Assembly (NCBI GenBank): GCA_964016885.1
Contig: OZ024742.1
Span: 71,920,001-71,984,000 of the forward strand
Reading direction: 5' to 3'
DNA length: 64,000 bases
DNA from: Eledone cirrhosa
Taxonomy: Eukaryota
Shown: positions 1 to 10,647 of the stretch, one piece after another
Layout: every line of letters begins with the position of its first letter
Numbering within the stretch: position 1 is the stretch's first letter
Translations under genes and position numbers: made by a program
Notes under the pieces: generated by a model
The model's input: the letters and a program-made list of their open reading frames with translations, nothing else
Database searches by the model: none
Told to the model about the DNA's origin: nothing

Positions 1-1750
1 AATAATAGATGATAGTGACTTCAGTATTCTGGCTGGTGATTCTAATTGACATGTTGGGCAGCACCAGGGTGGCTACTTCAGAATGCATGGTGGCTATGAA
101 TATAGCTACAAAAAGGATCACCTACCAATCAAGTAAGCACATAAACTAGATTGACTTCAACATCATCATCCTCACCGTTTAACATCCATTTTTCCATGCT
201 AGCATGGATTAGATGAGTTGTTCTGTTGTGAGACAAGTCATATCAGGTGACTGTGTCTTGCTCATACAGAACTGGTCTGGCTTGGATTCTATGGATGGAT
301 GCCCTTCCTAACACCAACTACATTTACAATGTGTACTGAGTGCTTTTTGTCGTGACACCTACACGGCCACTTTACAATGTGGGCTGGGTGCTCTTTGTTG
401 TGGAACCAAAGCGACCACTTTACAGTGTGGGCTGGGGACTCAAGTGGCAATTTGGGATATTTGTTAGAAAACAGGATAGGCAGATGGTTATGAATGCTAA
501 ATATTTTTCCAGAAATGAATGAATGAACTATACAATGTAAACTAGTTAGTAACGTCAGAATAAGAACTAGACTGAATTAGAAACAGGAACATCTAGAGAA
601 AGAGGGTGTAGAATCTAGAGGAATTCTCTGTCAAATATAGGTTAAAAAAACTTCTAAGTGATGCTTATAAAGAAAGGGATTGACAACCTTCTGCTAGCTA
701 CTGATGAGATACATGGCTGAAGAAAGGTACCAGCTATACTAAAGATGACTTGGTGGTGGAATTTTACTGTAAATAGAGCCATTAAAGTTATGAGACAGAC
801 ACAGAAAGACTGAAAGAAAGGGGACAGCAAGGAATCAATTAGCTAAAAGAGGAGCTAGATAACATTATAATTTAGATAATTATAACTAGATAATTTTTAT
901 AGTGAGAAAAGAACTTGAAAGCTTTGTCAATGTCCTATAATGTAAGGATGTGGTGTTGCATGCAACATTCTGTATTGCAAAGCAGTGTGTCTGTGAATTA
1001 GGATGTCATTGGGGAAAGGTTTGTTTTGAATTACACTGATGCACTGAACCTCAATAATACTCAAAAGAAAGGGGCTTGGACATATTACTATGAAAAGTTA
1101 CTGAATGGGGAAAATGAGTGGAAGGAAGAACTACCTCCAGTTGACTCAACAGAAAACTGACAGCTTATAGGGTCAAAAAAGCAACCAGAGGAATATGAAA
1201 AATAGAAAAGCTGTTGGACCATCAGAGTTAGTTGCTGAAATCATCTGGGGAAGTAGGACTCTAGCTATTCATTCACATAGTCAATCAGTAATATGTGGTG
1301 TCACCCCCAATGACTGGTGGATCAGTATAACCATTAATTATTACAAAGGAAAAGATAATGTTCTAGAAAGGAGCAACAACAGATATAAAACTGATGGATC
1401 AAGTCATGTAAGTAGCAAAAACAGTCCTAGTGCAACTAATTAGGGAAAAGTAAAATTTGATGAAATACAGTTTGGTTTTGTGTCATAAAGGGGTAGCATA
1501 GATGATGTCTTCTTAGTGCGACAACTTCAAGAAAAGTTCTGAGCTAAGTGTAAGATGTTATACCTAGCTACCCTTGATTTGAGAAAGGCCTTTGATAGAG
1601 TATCGTGATCTTTTATCTGATGGTCATTTAAAAAACTGGGTGTAGATGAGTGGCTTGTGAGAGCTGTGCAAGCCATATATAGAGATACTGTCATTAAAGT
1701 GAGAGTAGGTAATGAGTTTAGTAAGTGTGCAGGTGGGTGTTCATCAAAGC
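1..1750 (+). mobile_element. Degraded RTE-clade LINE (endonuclease and RT N-terminal relics), interrupted by a SINE
   Basis: Translations ILAGDSN*HVGQHQGGY..MHGGY (APE motif) near 10-110; MKNRKAVGPSELVAE at 1195; EIQFGFV..SIDDVFLVRQLQEK..LDLRKAFDRV and LGVDEWLVRAVQAIY at about 1460-1720; many stops and frameshifts. Confidence 0.8.
161..440 (-). mobile_element. SINE 3' half with RTE-type tail and internal ~42-bp tandem units
   Basis: Reverse complement ends in GGATGTTAAA..GATGATG; contains GGATGCCCTTCCTAACACCAACC, shared with copies at 2088, 20890, 42733, 54470 and 55222. Confidence 0.75.
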
Positions 1751-2087
1751 TAAAATGATTTTTTCACAAATGGCTGTTTTCCTTAGTAGCAAGGGTTGGA
1801 GTATATATAAAAATCCCTCTTTGGTCATAAATGACCATGGGATTTGCACCTAGAACATTCCCCTCTGAGGCACAAGTTCATTTGTGGAAGACCAGCAGTC
1901 ACCCATGCATACCGATCGCCTCTCTCCACACCACCAATGTTTTCCAAAGGAAAGGCAATGGTCGATACACTAATGATGCCAGAACTCATTTCTACAGCTG
2001 AGTAAACCGGAACAACATAAAATAAAGTGTCTTGCTCAAGGCCACTACGCATCCCCAATCACCATACTTCTCTCCCACCTAAGTCTA

Positions 2088-2370
2088 CCGCCCACACTGT
2101 AAAGTGGTCGTGATGGTTACATGAAAAAAAGCGCCCAGCCCATACTGTAAAGTGGTCATGTAGGTTTAATGACAAAAAGCACCCAGTACACATCGTAAAT
2201 AAGGTTGGCATTAGGAAGGGCATCCATCCATAGAAACCAAGCCAGAACCAGTTCTGTATGAACAAAACACGGTCACCTGATCTGACTTGTCTCATAACAG
2301 GACAACTCGCCTAATCCATGCTAGTGTGGAAAAATGGATGTTAAATAGTGATGATAATGATGATGATGAT
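2088..2370 (+). mobile_element. SINE 3' half, same family as 161-440, opposite orientation
   Basis: GGTTGGCATTAGGAAGGGCATCC..ATGGATGTTAAA followed by a (GAT)n tail; a minus-strand SINE core fragment (GTGTCTTGCTCAAGG) lies at about 1984-2056. Confidence 0.75.
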
Positions 2371-2911
2371 ACATACATACATGGATGCACAATAGTTTTG
2401 TAAACTTTAAACCTGGCGGCACCAATACCTCCCCTGGCGGAACTAATACCGCCCCTGATTTTTTTTCTAAGTCAATCTGACTGCGTTGAAAAAGAATGAT
2501 GGAGGCTTTCGACCCATTGAGCAATGTCTTTAGATGTCATGACTAGCCTGCAGGTCAGTCATAGTGGGCCTAAGCGAGTAGTTATGTCCTGTCCAGTTTG
2601 GAGTAGGCGTTAAGTGTGAATGTGAGGCAATTGTTCATTCAGCCAGACACTTCATTGATACCTGGACGATGTGACACTGGGGTGTGCTGTCGGTCGCTTC
2701 GTTCTCTCTTTTGTTGCCTAATTTCTTTTTTCTTTTCCTCTTCCTTACATAGCATTCTGCCAATTCATAGTCTACATACACATGTGCATGAGCGAAAACA
2801 ATTAATTGATACTCTAAATATACATCATGTATTTAGAGTATTAATTTATCATGCCGAAATTGCGACTAAAGACAGTTTCACTAGTTTATTCTGATTAGAA
2901 ACCAATCTCTG

Positions 2912-3055
2912 GCTAAATATGTAAAAAGCTACATAAACGTTGATGTAGAATAAAGTTGAAATAACATTTGAAAACCTCAGTCTAAAAACCAGTTAATTTC
3001 TTTGGTAGTTTCATAAAACACACTTATTCACCGTTTACATGTGAAAACGGTAAGT
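2912..3055 (+). other. Putative non-coding upstream exon and splice donor of zinc-finger gene 1
   Basis: Block conserved with 15459-15598 of the paralog; AACG|GTAAGT donor at 3049/3050 (CACG|GTAAGC at 15592/15593); matching acceptors TTTCAG| before 5940 and 18585. Confidence 0.45.
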
Positions 3056-4944
3056 TGACAAATGTTTATTTTAAGTCTGTATTAATATGTGTAAATAATA
3101 GAATTATGTTCCACTTAGGCTGATTCAGTAATTATATAGAAGTGAAAACACAACAGTGGGAAAATATATCTCATGATCTTGACATATTTACATCTAAGTC
3201 GAGTGTTACTTACACTATAAAATATATTATAGATTTGGTGAACATCATTATTTTCAAACCTTTTCGTGTTGCTAATCAGGCATCGATATTCCATTCGCCA
3301 CCACGTAGTCTGAAATAGGTGATTAAACTCATTTAAACAATAAGACATCAACAAGATTATTCTAAAGATACTAATAACATTTATCTGTATGTATAGCTTT
3401 GCTTTAGTCATAATTCTTTAAGATACTTTCAGGTGTATCTTTTGTAATTACTATAATACAGTCGTGATCGGTATCGTGGAATGTCAAAAGTGTAGGTGTT
3501 CCTTTTCTTTTTCTCTCGCTTTGATCATATATTTTTGTACATTATAACTGTCAGGTTCCTAGCAATAATTAATTGTATTTTTTATGTGTTTATATTTTCA
3601 TTCTGTAAGAATTATAAACAATCTGTAATGTTAATATAATAAATATATATATATTGACAGATAAAAAAATGTGAGAACTACAGTTTGGTTGACAAATGGT
3701 CTATATTAAGAATATCCAAGTAGTTAAATATGTAATCATTTTTCGTAGCAAAATACTTGAAAGTGTTTATCAGTCTATTGTTATAGCTTCACTAAAAGAA
3801 ACTGTAATTTTGTATTAGATATCTATATGACAATACCTCGTAGTTTAGAGAATGGTCTCGAATGAACTTACTGATTTATTTTACAATGTTTAATCGCTTC
3901 TTTCAAATTATAATTGCTTATGACAAGATATGAACAAACGTTATATATATTTCAACGAACAAAATACAAAGAAATTACACACTTCTTTCTGAATATCTCG
4001 AACTGTGATAACTATATAAGATTTTTTTTCCTTCCTTCTATGTTTATATATACATACATATACATACATATATATATATTTACATATCACCAACTAGTCG
4101 ACAAAATATCGCACCCTGGGGATATATAAAACTTCAAACAACTTAAAACATAAGGAATCTGACTAAAATCTAACCAAATCTTTATGGTTAATTTATAACA
4201 TATAGTAGTAATCCCAAGAAACACACGATATCTACTTATAATTCTTACAGAATGAAAATATAACACGGTGTGAACAAATGCCAATTATATTGCAAAAATA
4301 CAAAATACTCGGTATTTATATACAACACTTTCTGAATATCTCGGAATGTGATGACTATGTCAGCACGGAAAGTTATTGTAAAATATAGTAGTAATTCTTC
4401 ACATATATATTCACAGACCCCCCCCCCCCCCATCGCCTCTGTGGTGCCGTATGTATTATCACCTGACCATATTCTACTTCCAACATGTTTTAGCCTGTAA
4501 ATATATCGATGTTTATTTATTTTTCTGTTTATATTTAACCATGGAACCCAATACGCATGATTAGTTGTATATACGACGGACTTCTGCACAGTTTCTGTCT
4601 ACCAATTTCTACTTTAACGTTATCTTTATGTCCACCTATAATAGCTACCTTCCAAATAAGCTACAACATTAAACATCACTTGCAAAGTAACAAACGATAG
4701 ATGTTCATTTTCTTGACATTTGAACATTATTCTATGTACTATACACGCACCTTTTATGAGTTGTAGTGCACCTGAGCACTGTACACAATAATTTCATTAT
4801 TATTATTATTATTATCAAGACATTTTTCAACAATTCAACTGTCATTATTCACTACAGTAGAATCACTTGAGAACTTTTTCTGTTAACGTTGTTTCTTCTT
4901 AATTCAATAATCTTTTTTGTTCATCGATATATGGTTTCTGTTTC

Positions 4945-5215
4945 TTTGATCACAGGTCTACTCAGTCAGGGCTGACCTGGGGTTAAACAACAGCAATGAA
5001 TCACTGAGGCAGCCTACTTGTGGTCGTTCAACTAGCTAGAAATAAAAGTTAAATTTCCCTAAAATTACTCCTTTCAGTCTGGAAAATTGAGGACTATATT
5101 GGATAATATAGCCATAGATTATTTTATAGAAAGAAGGATAGGGTGGTTACGGCTGGAATGTTTTTTGATCATAGATCTACCCAGTCAGGGCTGACCTGGG
5201 GCTAAACAACAACAG
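4945..5215 (+). mobile_element. SINE-like repeat with GGGCTGACCTGGGGCTAAACAACAAC tail (duplicated tail)
   Basis: Tail motif at about 4965-4995 and 5183-5213; homologous copy at about 29450-29645; absent from the paralogous intron. Confidence 0.6.
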
Positions 5216-5279
5216 TGAATGGCATTTCTAGAGAGAGAAGAATGTCATCGGCTATTATTCTGTAGTTTAACAGTGTAGT

Positions 5280-5870
5280 GCACTCTACATGTGAGTGGAG
5301 TTCTACTGAAGCAGGTGAAGAAATTTAAGTATCTTAGGGCTGTGTTTATGAGTGATGGTAGGTAGGAGGCTGAATTAAGTGCTAGAATTGCAGGAGCTGG
5401 TGCAGTAATGTAAAAGCCAGAATCGTTATCTTCAATTTGGTATTTGTGGCAACTGTTATCTAAGGTCATGAATTTTGGGGAATGATTGAAAAAATATGAT
5501 CATGAATACAAGTGACCGATATGGGGTTCTTCTGAACGGTCTTTGGGGCTACATTACTTGATAGAGTGCGTAGCTCGGAGAACAGAGAGCTACTCTATGT
5601 AGAGCCACTACTTTTCCAAATTGAGAGATTGCATCTCCGATAAAATGGTTAGAATGTCTCAGAAAAGAATCGCTGGACAGATTTTACAGGCTAATCTAAC
5701 TAGCAGGACACTCAAAGCAAGATTGTTGGATAACATCCATGAGCTTGACTGATCTCACTTGGGGATCCAGCTGGATGTATTGGAGATGGTTGCTTCTGAC
5801 AGGACCCTCTAGAAGGCATGTTTGTGGATTCTGCCCCCACAATCCTCCCAGGAATAAGTGGGCAAAGAAG
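5280..5870 (+). mobile_element. RTE-clade LINE 3' fragment (Expander/Rex3-like)
   Basis: Translation VSGVLLKQVKKFKYLRAVFMSDGR*EAELSARIAGAGAVM, then degenerate MGFF..VFGATLLDRVRSSE C-terminal motifs. Confidence 0.7.
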
Positions 5871-6242
5871 AATCTTTACCTTTTAAGTATCTTCTTATAT
5901 ATCTTATACTGTTCTTTTTTTTATTTTTTATTATTTCAGAATATCAAGTGACATTGGCATAAAAGAGTGTATTTACTTTAGTTGTGTCATCAGCATTACA
6001 GTGAAATATATCCTCTAAACTGGGATTAATAGCAACATTTCTCTATTTCACTATCTGGAATATGTACAAAATGATTTTTCTTTCTCATTAATCTTGAACA
6101 TATTACAAAGGAGTTTACAGAATCTTCAGATATTGTCAAAGATCATTGCTGATGGAAATATAGCTGTAGAAATATTTGTTTGGAATAAAATATAAAAAGA
6201 AAAAGAAAAACATCTGTATATTGTGTTGAGCAAAGGAAAATT

Positions 6243-7331
6243 ATGGAAAATGAATTATGTGAGAACCAAGATAAATTTGAAACAGAGTCAAAAAGGATTG
6301 ATTTTCTTGATAAAAAGAAAAAGAAAACATCACATGAGTGTGATATTTGTAAAAGGTCATTTTCCCTAAAAGGTAACCTTAATGCTCACAAACGTATTCA
6401 TACAGGAGAGAAACCATATCATTGTGATATCTGTGATAAATCATTTACTTTAAATGGTGCCTTAACTATACACAAACGTATTCATACAGGAGAGAAACCA
6501 TATCACTGTGATATTTGTGGAAAATCATTCACTCATAAAAGCCACTTAACAAGACACAAACGTATGCATACAGGAGAAAAACCATGTCAATATGATGCCT
6601 ATGCTAAATCACTCACTAACAGCTGTCAAATAAATACACACAAATATATTCATACAGGAGAGAAACCATACCGCTGTCATATCTGTAGTACATCATTCTC
6701 TGTACATAGTGATTTAACTAAACATAAACATATTCATATTGGAGAGAAACCATATCAGTGTGATATCTGTGATAAATCATTCTCTGAAAAGGAAAGCTTA
6801 ATAAGACACATACGTGTTCATACAGGAGAGAAGCCATATCACTGTGATATTTGTGGTAAATCATTCTCTGAAGGAGGTGTTTTAACTACACACAAGCGTA
6901 TTCATACAGGAGAGAGGCCATATCAATGTGGTGTCTGTGGTAAGTCATTCTCCAGAAATGATCATTTAACTGAACACAAGCGTATTCATACAGGAGAAAA
7001 GCCATATCACTGTGATGTCTGTGGTAAATCATTCTCTAGAAATGACCAACTAGCTAAACATATACGTATTCATACAGGAGAGAAACCATATCACTGTGGT
7101 GCCTGTGGTAAATCATTCTCTAGAAATGATCAATTAACTAACCACAAACGTATTCATACAGGGGAGAAACCATATCATTGTGATGTCTGTGGGAAATCAT
7201 TTTCTAGGAATGATGAATTAACTAAACACATACGTATTCATACAGGAGAGAAGCCATATCACTGTAGTGCATGTGGTAGATCATTCTCTCAAAGAACTAA
7301 CTTAAATAGACATGTTTGCATTAATATATAA
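6243..7331 (+). CDS. Tandem C2H2 zinc-finger protein, 362 aa, 12 finger units (unit 4 degenerate, unit 12 C2HC-type), no KRAB/BTB/SCAN domain
   Basis: Intact ORF with CxxC-x12-HxxxH repeats and TGEKPY linkers; N-terminus MENELCENQ shared with the paralog at 18954. Confidence 0.93.
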   Translation: MENELCENQDKFETESKRIDFLDKKKKKTSHECDICKRSFSLKGNLNAHKRIHTGEKPYHCDICDKSFTLNGALTIHKRIHTGEKPYHCDICGKSFTHKSHLTRHKRMHTGEKPCQYDAYAKSLTNSCQINTHKYIHTGEKPYRCHICSTSFSVHSDLTKHKHIHIGEKPYQCDICDKSFSEKESLIRHIRVHTGEKPYHCDICGKSFSEGGVLTTHKRIHTGERPYQCGVCGKSFSRNDHLTEHKRIHTGEKPYHCDVCGKSFSRNDQLAKHIRIHTGEKPYHCGACGKSFSRNDQLTNHKRIHTGEKPYHCDVCGKSFSRNDELTKHIRIHTGEKPYHCSACGRSFSQRTNLNRHVCINI

Positions 7332-7568
7332 GAATAATTGTATCAGTATCAAAATTCTGCTCATCATAATTAGACCCCAGCAAATGAAATATTTAATTTT
7401 TGTTGATCAAATTAAATTTTTTCTCTCTTGTTATAACAAATAATTTTATTAATATTAATACTTTCTTATGATGTAATTTAATAATGTAATTAACATACTG
7501 CAAACATACCCCACATGGAAAAGTTTCAGTATTTATAAATATCTTTATTTATACTTTCCCATTTGGGG

Positions 7569-9853
7569 CTTCTTCTTCTTTTCGTATCTTCAAAGCATGT
7601 GGTTATATGACAGTTTCCCATTTCTTTACACAGTCCTTTGCATTATTATTAAATTCTGCGAGATCTTTTAAGCTGCACTGATTGGGTAGAGGAGGGCAAA
7701 CAAGGCAGTGCTGCATCGTATGGCCCTCCTCTCCACATTCGCAGATGGTTGGGCCCCGGTCTTGTAGCCCCATCTGGCCATAGCAGCTTCTGATCGCCCC
7801 ATTCCTGTTCTCAGGTGGTTGAGTGTCTTCCACTGGACCCTTGGTGCTTCTGAGCCAGGAGGGAAGGCTTCAGAAGGGGGGGGATTCCCATGTCAATAGG
7901 AGGGGAGTCATTCTCTAGCTTTCTAGTCCATAGCTGTAGTCTGGTTTCTTCCTGAGATGTTGTTAGGGGCTGGACATGGCTGAGGAAGCTTCTCCTTGAC
8001 TTCAGCCGTTGGGCCGGAGGTTCACATCCGTGAAGGAGGTGGCGTTCATCACTGATAGCCTTTGTGATCTCTACTCGGCTGGCAGCTTCCCGTCTCACAT
8101 CTGCAGAGGCAATACCACCGAGGAGATGCAGGTTGTTCGGGTTGGTAGGCTTCGGGCAACCAGTGATCAAACGGCAGGTGTTGTTCAACGCTGGGCCTAG
8201 TTTACTGGCATGGCCAAGGCAGTACATCTTAGTGTGTGTGCTGTGGCTCCCCATTTGGAGTTGGTCAGTTTCCGTAGGATGTTGGGGAGCTGACTTTCAA
8301 TTTGGTGTTTTTGATGTGTTCCTTGAATGAGAGGGTGTGGTCCAGGGTTACGCCAAGGTAGACAGGATTGGTGCAGTTCTCAAGTGGTGTTCCTGACCAT
8401 GTGATGTTAAGAGGTCGGTTGGCTTCCTGGTTCCTGAGATGGAACGAGCAGGCTTGAGTCTTCGTAGGGTTGGCGTGCAGGTGGTTGCTCTCGTAGTAGA
8501 GGAGTAGCTCATCCAGGGCTGAGTTGAGGTTTGCTTCTACTGCTTCGAACGTACTCTCTTGGGATGTAACACAGAGGTCATCAGCGTAGATGAACCGCTC
8601 AGTGTTCTGGTCCATTGGCTGGTCATTGGTGTAGATGTTATATAGTAGGGGAGCCATCACACTACCTTGAGGTAAGCCGTTCCTTTGTCGTCGCCAATGA
8701 CTTTGCTTGTTGTTCAGGGTAACATAGAAGCACCTGTCTTTCAAGAGGGCTCCAATGAGGTCTGTGAGTGCCAGGTCTTTTGTCAGCTCCAAGATCTTTT
8801 TCAGGAGGAAGCGATGGTTCACAGTGTCGTATGTGGCCGACAGATCAACAAAGACGGCTCCAGTCTTTTCTGAAACCCATCTTCAATGTGCTGAGTGAGA
8901 TTCAGGAGTTGGCTTAGTCAGTCCGGTGGTTTGGGAGTACTGAAGTCGGTCTACCTTTGGTCTTGGCTGTTTGGTGGTGGATTTCCCATTGAGCAACAGC
9001 TGATATGCAACTTGGTTGGCAGTGATGGTGTACTGCTGTTGTGTTGGAGTTGATGGGTTGTTGCTGATTTTCTACATTAGACTCCATGCCTTTTTACTGT
9101 TTTTCGTCATATCAGTTGTCTCCAACAGGTTTTGCCATTTCCGTTGGCGGCATTCTGATAGGGAGGTCATGAGTGCCTCACCTACTTCGATGGTACTTTC
9201 AACAAAGGGGTCAGATCAAATCAAGCTGGTTGCTTTCAGCCCATGCTTCCACTGCATCTCCATCTGCATTGTTATTAGCATATCCCCATTGTGTGCTGTG
9301 GCTGTTGAAGTCTCCGATCACAATCTTTGTTTTCCAGATGATGGTATTTCTGCCATCACGAGAGGTGTGAGAGGTGGTTTGTAGACTGAGGTGATGGTAA
9401 TTCCTCTGAGCTCAGCGGTTAGGACTTCGATGTTATTATCATCATTCTTTGATGATGATTTGATGATTGTCCCATTTTTTGCTACCATGATGCTTCTATA
9501 TTTCTCATGTGGTCTTTCTATGAGGGTAGTAATTCCTTCCACATGAGGGCGGGGATGTTTAGGTCCATGGTGGGTTTCTTGTAGGCACACTGATGCTCTC
9601 TGCAGAGTTTTGCAACAAGTTCTTCTTTAGTTGCAGATAGTCCTTCAATATTTATAGATATGATAGTCAATGCTGGCCTTAGAGGCTGGCGTTGGCCTCT
9701 CTTCATGCTCCGGACTGGTAGGCTACCGTCATTCGTTGAGCTTCTGGACATTGCTTGTCTTTCGCCTCGGCTTTGAAGTGTTTGGTAGAATTCGCAAGTA
9801 AACGTGGGTATTACTTGACAGGGATCACGACGTGAACGCTTCTACCTTGATCC
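7569..9853 (-). mobile_element. RTE-X-like LINE with both termini present but two internal deletions
   Basis: ORF start LTIISINIEGLS..CLQETH and IVIGDFNSH (APE); GLPQGSVMAPLLYNIYTND and FIYADD (RT); 3' tail GATACGAAAAGAAGAAGAAG; flanks GGGG..TAAACA join to match paralog sequence GGGGTTAAACA at about 20625. Confidence 0.9.
9784..9853 (-). ncRNA. HDV-like (CPEB3-type) self-cleaving ribozyme at LINE 5' end
   Basis: Minus strand GGAUC-AA-GGUAGAA-GCG-UUCACGU-CGU-GAUCCCU-GU-CAAGUAA-UACCCACGU-UUACUUG-CGAA-UUCUACC: P1, P2 (7 bp), P3, L3, P4 (7 bp) and catalytic CGAA in nested double-pseudoknot order. Confidence 0.88.
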
Positions 9854-10647
9854 TAAACAGCCTAAATCTTCATAAAATAAATATTTTCCCCTTTTTCAGT
9901 ATTTCTATAATTTTATGAATATTGATACTTTAGAATATTCAGAAAATTATATATCAAGAGGAAAAAAAGCCTAGTAATTTGATCAACACAGTATTTTTTA
10001 TATTATCACAACTGTAATTCTAAATTCTTTCAATACACTCATATATATTCCATATAACATATTTCTATAAAGGGGATGAAGATATTGATTTATTTGACAT
10101 TGTGAGTAAATAGTTCACCAACACTAGAGAGGTTGTGTTCTTGAAAAAGGAAAAGTCTTCTTGACCCTATTGTAACATGATTTATACATGTAAATGTCGT
10201 TCCTACCACCAGCCACCTTATATGAAAAATGGGTAATATAATTTATGAATTATCCTCATCGATAATTTAATTTCCATTCTGCATACTGTCATACAATATA
10301 TCACCACATTTTCTCAATCATTTGTCATCTCAACTGTAAGGCTCAGAATCCTAAATTATGATCTCACTATTTTTTTTTTTTTATATTTACCATTGGAATT
10401 TAAATAAAGTTGATTTGCTTTGAAATTATTCTTTTACTATTTTTTATATGTAGAAAATCTAACCAACGTTCATGTTGACAAAATCATAAGCTATAGAATT
10501 CACAGACTTTATTTATCCTAAATTAATTTACTTCTCAATAAATTTTGAAGTTTTTAAAACTTTTGCAACTTCAAATTTTATGTAGCAGACATATTAGATT
10601 TTAAATATGGAAAGTATATATTAGGTGGATGAAAGAATGGTATTTAA

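Noticed and set aside
4245-4589. Conserved minus-strand ORF pair (also 17031-17420)
   Set aside because: The similarity is explained by the segmental duplication; ends and frames differ and no domain is recognisable
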